Shown: positions 38,446 through 48,213 of the stretch, in pieces
Numbering within the stretch: the first letter of the stretch is position 1
How the letters are laid out: each line of letters opens with the position of its first letter
Origin: a candidate division WOR-3 bacterium
GTDB taxonomy: Bacteria > Hydrothermota > Tepidihabitantia > B3-TA06
Reading direction: 5' to 3'
Assembly: GCA_965649265.1 (NCBI GenBank)
Contig: CBFGKC010000004.1
Coordinates: forward strand, 90,590 to 154,589
Length of the DNA stretch: 64,000 nt
Notes under the pieces: model-generated
The model's input: the letters and a program-made list of their open reading frames with translations, nothing else
What the model was told of the DNA's origin: nothing
Database searches by the model: none
Made by a program: the position numbers and the translations under genes

Positions 38446-39517
38446 GCAGGTGAAGCAGATGGTCGCCGGTTTCAAGCTGGCGTATGAGACGTACAAGGGT
38501 ATGCTTTCCGCGGAGGAGTTCGGTCCGCTCGAAGCGGTCTACAACGAGATGGAGACGATTGCCGAGTCCGCAGTAGACTTCACGGCGTTCAATGACGCGG
38601 CCGCAAAGGTGGACATATTCACTCGCCTTTCCACCGAACTCGGAAAGGCGCAGGCCTTGCTCGACTCCAAACCGAAATCCGAGCGCAAGACGCTTTCGGC
38701 CGAGGGCTTTATTGCCCAGTACCGGACGCTATACGAACAGGCCCAGGCCGCTCCGCATACCTACCGGACGCGCGAGGTATACGAAAAGCTGCTGCCGCTC
38801 GGGGACGGCGCGGAAACGCCACTCGAGGTCGTACGCAAGGCCGAGGATGAGAACCTGTTCCACAGGATAGGGGCTATGGGTGTCTACGACACATACAAGC
38901 TGGATTATGACAAGCTGGATCCCAACGAAGCCCCTTTTAGAGATTTCAGAATGGACGTTTTAGAAATATGCGAGAAGTCTGAGACCGCAGATGAACTAAC
39001 CTACAATGTTGATAGACGCGTGTACGAGTCGCAGAAAGAGATAGCACATGACAACTTCATTACCCAGATGATTGCCAACCTCGTCGGCTCCTTCCTGAAC
39101 CTCGAACTCTCCAAGACCGCAGTACGGACTGGACGGCTCGACTACATCGCCGCGGTCGCCATATACCGTGAAGAAGCTAGAGAGGCGTACCGCATCCTTG
39201 TGGATGAATTCGGCCTTGACTGGGGTAAGTTCATGTCCACCGAGCGCTACAAGAAACGTTTTCTCATGCAGGCGGCTGTTATCCCCGAGACCACTCGCGT
39301 TTTCCAGGCAATGGCACCCGAAAACCTCGAGTGGATGCGGGAGACCATTTTCGAAGAGGTTCTCTCCCCGCTTTCGCTTGCCGACATCATCCTGCGCAGG
39401 TCATCAAACGTTTTTCACCCTCTCGCACTCGAGGAGCATTCCATAAAACACGGCTTAGACGCGAAGCTCAAATCAAGATCGCTCGAACTCGTAAAGGACT
39501 TCTACTGGGCGAAGTAA
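38438..39517 (+). CDS. Hypothetical helical protein
   Basis: 359-aa ORF overlapping the previous gene by 8 nt. Confidence 0.8.
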   Translation: MNEQVKQMVAGFKLAYETYKGMLSAEEFGPLEAVYNEMETIAESAVDFTAFNDAAAKVDIFTRLSTELGKAQALLDSKPKSERKTLSAEGFIAQYRTLYEQAQAAPHTYRTREVYEKLLPLGDGAETPLEVVRKAEDENLFHRIGAMGVYDTYKLDYDKLDPNEAPFRDFRMDVLEICEKSETADELTYNVDRRVYESQKEIAHDNFITQMIANLVGSFLNLELSKTAVRTGRLDYIAAVAIYREEAREAYRILVDEFGLDWGKFMSTERYKKRFLMQAAVIPETTRVFQAMAPENLEWMRETIFEEVLSPLSLADIILRRSSNVFHPLALEEHSIKHGLDAKLKSRSLELVKDFYWAK

Positions 39518-39582
39518 ATCGCTCGAAACCTTTTATTAGCATCTTACGTCATCAATATTGTATCTAAAAAAAGGAGTAGAGC

Positions 39583-39933
39583 GTGAGATGCTTTTTGAGT
39601 TGGATGCTTGCAGTTGGAGCCATACTCGTTCTCGGATGCAGCGGTGTGTCCCAGGCAGGGATAAGGATTGATAATCCCGACGACAAGGCGGTCAAATTTG
39701 CAGGCTACTACGAGAGCGCATCGGGTCGAACCGATATTGACGGCGTAACCAGAGCCACCTATAAGGTTCCGGTTTCAGACACCGGCGATTTCGTCAGAAT
39801 TGCCTTAGTCAAGACCGATACCACCGACAGTGTTGACGAACTCAGGGTCAAGCTTTTCTATGCCGGTCGCCGGGGCATCGCGAGAGTTATAAAACCGGGC
39901 GACAGCGCCATTGTAGAATACAACGTCAAGTAG
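39583..39933 (+). CDS. Hypothetical lipoprotein
   Basis: AAGGAG RBS, VLG-C lipobox. Confidence 0.75.
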   Translation: MRCFLSWMLAVGAILVLGCSGVSQAGIRIDNPDDKAVKFAGYYESASGRTDIDGVTRATYKVPVSDTGDFVRIALVKTDTTDSVDELRVKLFYAGRRGIARVIKPGDSAIVEYNVK

Positions 39934-40185
39934 AGCCCCCTGCGCTCACATTGGATTTGCAACAATGAGACAGCAGAAACCGAAGGGTTGTACCCATGCG
40001 CCCCCGGCGCTCCCACTCACTCAAAATTCCCCATCAGCGTTTGTCTCAGATACTGTGGCGATTCGAAAGCATCTTCCAAACCCGAACAACTGGTGATAGT
40101 TGTAAACACAGAGCCTTGGCAAACGTCTAGTAGTTCCAGGACAGCTATCTGACTAAATCGCAAAATACCTAAAAAAGGAGGTCTA

Positions 40186-40971
40186 GTGGACGACAAAGAA
40201 GCCGGTCGCTACTGGGAAGAAAACGCCGAGGCGTGGACGCTTCTGGCTCGGATGGGAGCAGATATCTACCGCGATCATTTCAATACACCCGGGTTTCTTT
40301 CAATCCTTCCCGACGTTGCGGGGCTTCGTGGTCTCGACATAGGCTGCGGCGAGGGTTACAACACGCGCAAGCTTGCTGAACGAGGTGCGGTTATGACAGC
40401 CGTAGACATTGCACCTACCTTTATTCGCCACGCCCTTGAAGAAGAAACAAACCATCCACTGGGAATAAACTACAATGTCGCGAGTGCAGCAGAACTCCCG
40501 TTTCCTGAATCGTCCTTCAACTTCGCTACCGCTTTTATGAGCATCATGGACATGGCATCGGATGAAAAGGCAATCAGAGAAGCTTTCCGCGTCATAAAAC
40601 CAGGTGGTTTTCTTCAATTCTCTATCTGTCATCCCTGCTTTACGTCCACCAAAAACACCTGGATCGACGACGATCAGGGTCGTCATATCGCCATGGCTGT
40701 CTCAGACTATTTCAAAGAGGGGGAGGGGGAGATCATTGAATGGATTTTCCATGAAGCGTCTCCTGAACTTAAGACGAAGCTGAAAAAGTTCCGCATGCCA
40801 ACTTTCCACCGTACCCTGAGCGGATGGCTGAACCTCTTGATTGATACTGGTTTCGCAATCGAACGCGTTCACGAACCGACGGCCTCAGATAAGACAATCA
40901 AAAACTATCCATGCCTTGCCGACACAAGGATTATTTCCCATTTTCTCATATTGCGCTGCAGGAAACCATGA
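40186..40971 (+). CDS. Class I SAM methyltransferase
   Basis: LDIGCGEG, HPCF, FHRTLS. Confidence 0.9.
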   Translation: MDDKEAGRYWEENAEAWTLLARMGADIYRDHFNTPGFLSILPDVAGLRGLDIGCGEGYNTRKLAERGAVMTAVDIAPTFIRHALEEETNHPLGINYNVASAAELPFPESSFNFATAFMSIMDMASDEKAIREAFRVIKPGGFLQFSICHPCFTSTKNTWIDDDQGRHIAMAVSDYFKEGEGEIIEWIFHEASPELKTKLKKFRMPTFHRTLSGWLNLLIDTGFAIERVHEPTASDKTIKNYPCLADTRIISHFLILRCRKP

Positions 40972-41274
40972 TTCCAGTAACACGACGATTTGCTTGGAAA
41001 TTAAACTCGAAGACCAGATGCTCCAGCAGGTTATTGATGCGTCAGCCGCGGGTCCGAGACGGTACTTGAGATTCCTGAATTGCGCACTAAAAGTTTATAA
41101 TGTAACTATAATGCGATGGTTACTTGTCGCGTACTGTTTTTCTAAGTCTTGACATTCTTTGAGTTGTAAGTATATTGTTATCAATTAAAAAACGGAGCTA
41201 GGGATGCAAGATACTGCAAGAAAGCGTCTTGGCAGGTGTTTACTGAGGATAATGGCAGAGGGGGAGCCGGTTCC

Positions 41275-44200
41275 ATGGTAAAAAAAGGATCCGTGGATTT
41301 TCCGAGCGGTTTCGAGGTATCAAGGAAGCTTGGTGAAGGGAGCGCAAGCATTGTCTGGGCCGTAAGACGTGAAGGCACAAACGAGGAGTTAGCCTTAAAG
41401 ATCACGGCGAGGCCAGATCCGGCACGCCTGCTCGAGCGCGAGTACGCAATTCTCAGACGTCTGGACCATCCGGGTATCGTCAAGGTATTCGAATCGGGTG
41501 AGTTTAACGGCAGAGGCTTTTTTCTGATGGAATTGATAGAAGGTGAATCTTTTACCTCTTTTTTCAAACAAAAAAAGGAGAGCGTAGGTTTTATTGAGCT
41601 GTTCCTTCAGGTCTTGAGGGAATCGGCAGGGATACTCTCCGATCTTCACAAGCAGGGCGTGGTCCATATTGACGTCAAACCCTCGAATATTCTTATACGA
41701 AAAACAGGGTTTCCGCTTCTTTTGGACTTCGGTTTTGCCGAAGACTATATATTGAGCCCGACGGCAGAACCGTCGGGTACCACCCTTGACTACGCGGCTC
41801 CTGAGCTTTTTTCGGGCGGCCATGTGACGCCTGCTGCGGATATTTATTCACTCGGTGCGATGGCGTATGAAGTCTTGAAAGGGAATAAGCCCTGGATCGG
41901 TAAATCGCCGAGGGAACTCATAGCAGCAAAGCTGAGAGCCTCTCCAGGATTAGGCAAGCTCGAATTCGAGATACCTGCGGGGCTGGAGGGTTTGGTTTTG
42001 CGAATGATAAATCCGGAACCCTCACTGAGGCCATCCGCGGATGAGGTCATACTCGAGCTCGATTGGCTTTCGGGAGGTAAATCTATCGAGATCAAAAAAG
42101 CATCGGTTTTTCTGCCGAGGCTCGTTTTTGGCGGCAGGGAAGAAGAGATGGAATACGTCAGGAAACTGATCTTCGATGAAAAAAAGGTTATATTTCTTTC
42201 AGGTGAATCCGGTATCGGAAAAACAAGATTTCTGAGGGAACTTCGTTTCAAGGCAATGCTTGATGATCGCAAGGTTTTGCTCCTCGAGGGGCGCGGAGCG
42301 CATCTGTCGCTTGTGGATTACCTTTTTGTTTCACTGGGTGTAAACCGTACCGGATCCGGAACCAGCGAGACCCAATTGTCCGATAAGTGGTCCAGATACG
42401 AAAGGATTTCCCAGGAAATAGAAAACGCCGGCTTTGAAGCGTTGTATATTGATTCGCCAGTTGATTTGAACTCTGACGAGAAAGGGCTTATTGGGTACTT
42501 GGCCCGCGGTTTTGATACGAGACTGGGCTTACTCGTTACCCAGGTTCCTGAATTCTTATATCCAAATGCGACGAATTTCAAACTCGAACCTCTGAACGAA
42601 GAGAGGGTAAGAACCCTGGTTTCAAGAACTTTCAGAGGCTTGAAGGGTGAGGTCCGTCTTGCCAAAAACCTTTTTTTACTCGCCGGAGGGAATCCCAGGC
42701 GCACTAACGAACTCCTTGATATACTCTACAACGAAGGATGGCTTTCATGGGACAGGGGCTGGATATACGAACCGGTTAGTGAAGAAAGCACCATTGCCGC
42801 GCAACTCGAAGAGTGGCTTGGAGACAGGGTCGGTCGGCTTGATGGGCCTTCCAGGTTCATTCTTGATTCGCTTGCGGTCGTCGAATCGGCGCTCCCTACG
42901 GAGGTTTTATCCAGGATAATCGGCGAGGATGCGGAACTCGCAATGAAAGGTCTTGCCGAGCATGGGCTTGTCCGCTCATTCTTTTATCTTGAAAAGCCCT
43001 ACCTTGAGTTTGCCGACGACGTTACTAAACCCTACCTTCTTGGTAAACTCCACGGTGGACGCGCAAAGGAAATTTCGAAAACCCTCGCGGAGGCCGTTCA
43101 GGAATATGGCGTCAAGTACTGGGGCCAGGATCTTGACTGCTGGGAGAAGACATGCCTTGCGGATGTCGGGTTGCTTTTTTTCATGTCAGGGTCAAAAACG
43201 AAGGCCGGAACATATCTGATCAAGTCGGCCAAAGACCTGAGGCTTAACTATCACATTGAAAGAGCGCTTGAATATTTGAAAAAAACCATTGAGTGCAGCG
43301 GTGAAGCCAGGTGGAAAAAGGAGGCAATGCAGGAAATGCTCCACATTGCCTATATTACTTATAATCTGAGCGAAGCGGAAAAGATCACATCCGAATTGAT
43401 GCCTCTTCTGCACGATGACCCTGAAGCAAAGGCCGAGGCAATTTCCAGGTTAGCCGCGATATACATGAGGATGGGGCAAAACGACAGGGCCGAGCAGTAT
43501 CTGGATGAATGCGAGAGGATAGTTCCTGATCCTTCTTCGACTCTCTTGTTCAGTATGATGAATGTGCGTGGGTGGATTGCCAACAACCGCAGCAGGTATC
43601 TTGAGGCGCAAGATATCTTTCAAAGAGCTCTTGATATGGCTTCAAGTGATAAAGAGAGAAGGATAGCCCACCAGGGCCTGCTCAGAACCGTTATTTTTCT
43701 GGGGAAAAACGCGGAAGCGCTCGTTCACGCCACCAGGGCGGTCGAATTACTCGAAAAGGGCGGAGACAAGAACGATCTTTGTTCAACGCTAGTCAATATG
43801 ACCGATGTAATGCGCAATCTGGGCATGTATTCTGAAATGGAGAGCTGCATTGAGAAAGCTCTCGCGATAGCGGAGGACGTGAAGAATCCCAATCTCCTGG
43901 CTTTGACTTATGAATACAGGGCTTTCATGTATGCATTGAACAAAAAATATCGCGATGCACTGAATTACACACGGAAGGCGATAGTCTTTTCGACGAAGGT
44001 AAAGAACGAACTCAGATCTATATCCCTGAAAATAAGTGAGGCTCAGTATTTGCACGATACGGGCGAATGGTCTGAAGCAAAAAAGATATATCTTGAAACG
44101 TGGCAGGAGTTGGCAAGAAGCAAAAGTGATGCAGTTACCAGATCGAAGCCCTACTTTTTGAGAGCCTGGGGTGAATTCTTAAGAAGCAGAAGTGAATATT

Positions 44201-46311
44201 CTTCAGCTCTGAGGATTCTTGAAAAAGCGAAAAAAATTGCCGCTGAATTGAACAACGAAACTCTCTCTCAGCACATTGATATCGTGAAGTGCAGGGTTTT
44301 CATTGAGTCAGGACAACTTGATCGGGCAGAACGGATAATTGAAGAATGCGAAACGGCACTAAAGAAACAAAAAGACATCGCAGGTGAGGAGATCTTGAAT
44401 TGGTTGAAAACGGAGCTTTATCTCAGTCAAGGTAAAACTCGCGAAGCTTACCTGCTTTGCAATGAATTGTCGAGTGCGCGTGAGGGAAAGAACAGTGCTA
44501 TATCCTCTGAAATAAATATTACGAGATTGATCGGGAGAACCCTTCTCGGAGTTGGTAAGACAACTGCCGGGTTATCCAAACTGAAGGAAGCAATTGAAGC
44601 AAGTAGAGTTCAGGAAAATCCCTTGGAGTTAGGATTAAGTATCTTCTTTTACGCTGAAGAAAAACTTAAGAAGCATGGGTTTATTGAAGAGGCGATTGAA
44701 GCTTTTGACGAAGCCGAAACAATTTTCAAAAGACTTGGATTGTCCAATCTGGTACGGGACATAGAAAGATTACGTCGGGAGTTCCCCAAGCCTGAACGAA
44801 CAAACCACGAATCAAACAAGTATCTTGAGGGTTTCAAAGAACTTACATCAGTAGTCAATTGTTACCTGGGTAAGGAAAATTATATGAACGTCATCCTGGA
44901 TACCGTTTTGGACTTCACTAAAGCCAATCGAGGCATGATCTTATCATTCGAGGATGGTGTACTTCACCCACTGGCCATAAAAAAACTGGATACAGTCTCA
45001 TTCTATGACGCTGAAAACATCTCCCATACCGTTATTGAAAAGGTGAAGGAGGGTTTTGAACCGGTGTTTACTCCCGATGCAGAACATGACGAGCGTTTCA
45101 AAAATTCCGAAAGCATTAGACTGAACCAGATACGTTCTCTCATGTGCGTTCCTCTTCTGACTGGGGGGAATCTCGTTGGAACGATCTACCTTGACAGCCG
45201 GCAACCAGGATTATTCGACAGTGAAAAGATCCTCTATTTTGAGTCTTTGGGAAATCTTCTGGCTGCGACGCTTGATAAGTCTCTAGAATTCATAAGATTA
45301 AAAGAAAGACTGGCCCTTGTTAAAAGGAAGCATGACCTCGATAACTGTGGGATAGTAATCGGTAATTCACCTCAAATGAGGGAATTTAGTTCCAGAATCG
45401 AACAGGTTTCCAGGTACAATGCTAACGTTCTTCTGGAAGGAGAGACCGGTACGGGCAAGGGCGTTATCGCGAGAATGATTCACGATAAAAGTAACAGAAG
45501 AGAATATGAGTTTTCGTGCATAAACTGCGGGATACTTCCAGAGAATATTTTTGAGTCAGAGCTCTTCGGTTGTAAGAAGGGTGCGTTCACTGGAGCTATT
45601 TCGGATCGTATTGGTCTGCTTGAGTCTGCAAATGGATCCACTGTTTTTTTTGATGAGATAACTAATACATCTCTCGCCGTACAAGCCAAGCTTTTGGAGG
45701 TCATCGAGGATAAGGTGATCCGGAGACTTGGGGAAACCAAGAAGCGCAGCGTGGATTTGAGATTCATTTTCGCAACCAATCGTAATATACAGGAGGAGAT
45801 AGCCAAGGGCAGCTTTCGTGAAGATCTCTACTTCAGGCTGCGCACGTTTGCCTTTCACCTTCCTCCCTTGAGGGAACGCAGGGAGGACATTCCGCAGTTT
45901 ATCAATTTCTTTATGGATAAATACACTAAAGAATTCAACAAGGATATAGTTGATATTGAACCTGCGGCCTATGATGCCTTGATTACTTATAATTGGCCCG
46001 GTAATGTGCGCGAGCTTAAAAGCACCATAGAGAGAGCGGTTCTGCTGGCTCCCGGAAAGGTTCTTACGACCGACCTTTTTGAACGCTGTTTCTTTGAAAG
46101 GGTTTTGAATAATGAAAACGGTCGTGAAACGTACAGGCTAAAGGATGAAGATTTGGTTAATCTAGTGAAGAAAACCCTGAAGGAAACAGATGGGAACATG
46201 ACAGAGACGGCAAAACTTCTGGGAATCTCCAGGCGTCATCTTTACAGGATCATTGAACGATTTGAAATGGTTAAGGAACGAAGTAAAAGCCGCAAGTCCA
46301 AAAAACCCTGA
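41275..46311 (+). CDS. Multidomain sigma-54 activator: Ser/Thr kinase - P-loop ATPase - TPR - GAF - sigma54 AAA+ - Fis HTH
   Basis: LGEGSAS, ALK, HIDVKPSN, DFG, YAAPE, DIYSLG; FGGREEE..GESGIGKT..AGGNP; TPR-like helices; RSLMCVPL..GTIYLD; GETGTGKG, ESELFG..GAFTGA, FFDEI, WPGNVREL, HTH; alternative GTG start 41236. Confidence 0.93.
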   Translation: MVKKGSVDFPSGFEVSRKLGEGSASIVWAVRREGTNEELALKITARPDPARLLEREYAILRRLDHPGIVKVFESGEFNGRGFFLMELIEGESFTSFFKQKKESVGFIELFLQVLRESAGILSDLHKQGVVHIDVKPSNILIRKTGFPLLLDFGFAEDYILSPTAEPSGTTLDYAAPELFSGGHVTPAADIYSLGAMAYEVLKGNKPWIGKSPRELIAAKLRASPGLGKLEFEIPAGLEGLVLRMINPEPSLRPSADEVILELDWLSGGKSIEIKKASVFLPRLVFGGREEEMEYVRKLIFDEKKVIFLSGESGIGKTRFLRELRFKAMLDDRKVLLLEGRGAHLSLVDYLFVSLGVNRTGSGTSETQLSDKWSRYERISQEIENAGFEALYIDSPVDLNSDEKGLIGYLARGFDTRLGLLVTQVPEFLYPNATNFKLEPLNEERVRTLVSRTFRGLKGEVRLAKNLFLLAGGNPRRTNELLDILYNEGWLSWDRGWIYEPVSEESTIAAQLEEWLGDRVGRLDGPSRFILDSLAVVESALPTEVLSRIIGEDAELAMKGLAEHGLVRSFFYLEKPYLEFADDVTKPYLLGKLHGGRAKEISKTLAEAVQEYGVKYWGQDLDCWEKTCLADVGLLFFMSGSKTKAGTYLIKSAKDLRLNYHIERALEYLKKTIECSGEARWKKEAMQEMLHIAYITYNLSEAEKITSELMPLLHDDPEAKAEAISRLAAIYMRMGQNDRAEQYLDECERIVPDPSSTLLFSMMNVRGWIANNRSRYLEAQDIFQRALDMASSDKERRIAHQGLLRTVIFLGKNAEALVHATRAVELLEKGGDKNDLCSTLVNMTDVMRNLGMYSEMESCIEKALAIAEDVKNPNLLALTYEYRAFMYALNKKYRDALNYTRKAIVFSTKVKNELRSISLKISEAQYLHDTGEWSEAKKIYLETWQELARSKSDAVTRSKPYFLRAWGEFLRSRSEYSSALRILEKAKKIAAELNNETLSQHIDIVKCRVFIESGQLDRAERIIEECETALKKQKDIAGEEILNWLKTELYLSQGKTREAYLLCNELSSAREGKNSAISSEINITRLIGRTLLGVGKTTAGLSKLKEAIEASRVQENPLELGLSIFFYAEEKLKKHGFIEEAIEAFDEAETIFKRLGLSNLVRDIERLRREFPKPERTNHESNKYLEGFKELTSVVNCYLGKENYMNVILDTVLDFTKANRGMILSFEDGVLHPLAIKKLDTVSFYDAENISHTVIEKVKEGFEPVFTPDAEHDERFKNSESIRLNQIRSLMCVPLLTGGNLVGTIYLDSRQPGLFDSEKILYFESLGNLLAATLDKSLEFIRLKERLALVKRKHDLDNCGIVIGNSPQMREFSSRIEQVSRYNANVLLEGETGTGKGVIARMIHDKSNRREYEFSCINCGILPENIFESELFGCKKGAFTGAISDRIGLLESANGSTVFFDEITNTSLAVQAKLLEVIEDKVIRRLGETKKRSVDLRFIFATNRNIQEEIAKGSFREDLYFRLRTFAFHLPPLRERREDIPQFINFFMDKYTKEFNKDIVDIEPAAYDALITYNWPGNVRELKSTIERAVLLAPGKVLTTDLFERCFFERVLNNENGRETYRLKDEDLVNLVKKTLKETDGNMTETAKLLGISRRHLYRIIERFEMVKERSKSRKSKKP

Positions 46312-46341
46312 AGGTTTACAAGGTTATTTCTAATCGAGACT

Positions 46342-46441
46342 TGTGTCAAATTGGCACAGCCTTTGTATCCTAACAATCTTCTTTAAAACAACTTGTGCGT
46401 TTGTTCCGACAAAACAGATTGCGTTGTGCCAAAAAGTCCCA
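46342..46441. promoter_or_regulatory. Candidate upstream activator sequences
   Basis: Near-palindrome TGTGTCAAATTGGCACA (TGT-N11-ACA) 46342-46358; related TGTGCCAAAAAGTCCCA 46425-46441; IHF-like AAACAACTT near 46386 and 46499. Confidence 0.65.
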
Positions 46442-46533
46442 ATGGGAATCGCACACTAGGGATTCTTTTTTTTAGGCTCAGCTTCAAGTCTTTTTTTTAA
46501 ACAACTTACGAGAAGCCCTCGGCTCCGAATGGC

Positions 46534-46549
46534 TGGCACGTATATTGCT
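46534..46549 (+). promoter_or_regulatory. sigma-54 promoter, perfect consensus
   Basis: TGGCACGTATATTGCT. Confidence 0.92.
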
Positions 46550-46796
46550 CTTAATTATAGCGAGCGGTTGAAGAGAAAGGTCGGACGGTTGTCGGAGTTA
46601 AGAAATTAGATGGAGGTCCCGGCAACAATTCTTGCATCCCGATAGAGGGCAGGTATTGGGCGGTGTATAGGAGTAAGGATGGGAGGGGGGAAAATTGGGT
46701 TATGTTGAAAGTTAGTTTGGGGCTTATACAGGTTATAGAGAAGGTGTTTCCTGTAATGAGGGTGAAAACAACCAATCTCAAATAAGGAGAATAATC

Positions 46797-47264
46797 ATGA
46801 AGATAAACAAGCTCGCTTTTGTCCTGATCGTTATGGTCAGCTTGGTCGGTGCAAGCTCCGCGTTTGCTATAACTGGAGGCGACTGCTATGGAGGCGGTAC
46901 CGGAACCATCACCAACGGCACTTACTCCTTTTGCCCGTGGGGGTCCTGGACTGGCTTCCACAGCACCGGGTCTATATCAGGGCTATTATATGGTCAGACA
47001 GGCTTCTCCGGGACTGTTGATGAAGGAGAATTCAATATAGATTATGCTTCGGGTACCTGGAGTCTATCGTATCTCGGTTATTCTTTTGCAGGCACCTTCG
47101 CGATGGATTTTAGCAACATGTATTTCGTCGGCGGCGAAGGTTGGTACATGAGAGGCATTACCGGAGAATGGGCGCTGACATCCGCCCCTCAAGGATGGTC
47201 TACAGGTCCGACAACGCGGACGATTAACGGTTACGAGTATTTGTGGGAAGATGACGACGAGTGA
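46797..47264 (+). CDS. Small secreted Gly/Trp/Thr-rich beta protein (B1)
   Basis: AAGGAG RBS, signal peptide ..VGASSAFA, WGSWTG, SGTW, TGEW. Confidence 0.88.
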   Translation: MKINKLAFVLIVMVSLVGASSAFAITGGDCYGGGTGTITNGTYSFCPWGSWTGFHSTGSISGLLYGQTGFSGTVDEGEFNIDYASGTWSLSYLGYSFAGTFAMDFSNMYFVGGEGWYMRGITGEWALTSAPQGWSTGPTTRTINGYEYLWEDDDE

Positions 47265-47312
47265 TGAGAGTTCATAAGCTCATTAGCTTTTGCCTCTGAT
47301 CATTTTAAGTAC

Positions 47313-47336
47313 AGCAGGGGGGCACTCCCCCCTGCT
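47313..47336 (+). terminator. GC-rich hairpin between B1 and B2
   Basis: AGCAGGGGGG-CACT-CCCCCCTGCT, weak U-tract. Confidence 0.65.
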
Positions 47337-47454
47337 TGGATTTGTTTGAGGGACACAGAGAAGTCAAAGTGTCTTTTCTGGCGATTTAACAGGTCGAAGA
47401 AGGGTGTTATCTTCAGAGGGTGAAAACAGCATAATCTCTGGAAAGGAGAAATCA

Positions 47455-47916
47455 ATGAAGGAAAACAAACTCACATCAATCGCCGCTTTTGTAGTGGTAC
47501 TGAGTGGTTTACTTGTGGCAACGCCTATTATGGCGGGACCAGTTTACCAGGAATACTGGTCAGGTACAGGTGATCCCTATACATATCTTGGTTTCCAGCA
47601 GATGGGTTATATTAACCCATTCCACGAGTGGAACATAAATATTGATGTTGAAGCAGAAGGCATTCCCTACAATATCGCCGCATCCTGGAGCGATCAGTAC
47701 GGCCACACGGGCACTATCCAAGGCCACATCAGCTACCTAAGTGATGGTGCGGGCTATGGTGTATGGGATTGCGACCAGCATCCTACATCGTTTGGTACTT
47801 GGACTGGTTCTTTTGGTAGAGGAGGGGTTGGAAGTAGTTGTTCCGGAACCTTCACTTACTATTACCAAGGCGGATATCAAACCGGCGGTTGGTTCTCAGG
47901 AACCAGAGATCAATAA
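47455..47916 (+). CDS. Small secreted Gly/Trp/Tyr-rich beta protein (B2)
   Basis: AAGGAG RBS, signal peptide, YWSGTG, GVW, GTWTGSF, WFSGTR. Confidence 0.88.
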   Translation: MKENKLTSIAAFVVVLSGLLVATPIMAGPVYQEYWSGTGDPYTYLGFQQMGYINPFHEWNINIDVEAEGIPYNIAASWSDQYGHTGTIQGHISYLSDGAGYGVWDCDQHPTSFGTWTGSFGRGGVGSSCSGTFTYYYQGGYQTGGWFSGTRDQ

Positions 47917-47936
47917 AGTCTCACGCAAGCGTCATT

Positions 47937-47966
47937 ACAGGGCGGGCGTAAGCCCGCCCTGTTTCT
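47937..47966 (+). terminator. Terminator after B2
   Basis: ACAGGGCGGGC-GTAA-GCCCGCCCTGT then TTCT. Confidence 0.75.
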
Positions 47967-48213
47967 CAATATCTTAGAATTCAGGATAATATCCAGAGAA
48001 TTCTGAGGTTTAAAAGACGGTTATGAGTGGCTTAAATGAAATTAAACTAGTTTATAGTTAATTGACTTGACAATTCGTTCGGTTTACCTATAATCAACGC
48101 ATGGACAATCTAGAAACAAAAAAGAAGGGCGTTCGTTGCTCAATACAACGACAAAAAAACCGGATACAATTATACTACATATCCTCTGCAATTATTAACA
48201 TAGGGGGGACCCC

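Noticed and set aside
24623-40971. Integron-like run of small VOC/GNAT/methyltransferase genes
   Set aside because: The content is cassette-like, but many genes abut or overlap and no repeated attC-type site separates them.
46561-46796. Peptide-pheromone ORFs in the ~235-nt leader after the sigma-54 promoter (MEVPATILASR at 46609, MGGGKIGLC at 46679)
   Set aside because: They are very short, have no export signal, and conservation cannot be assessed here.
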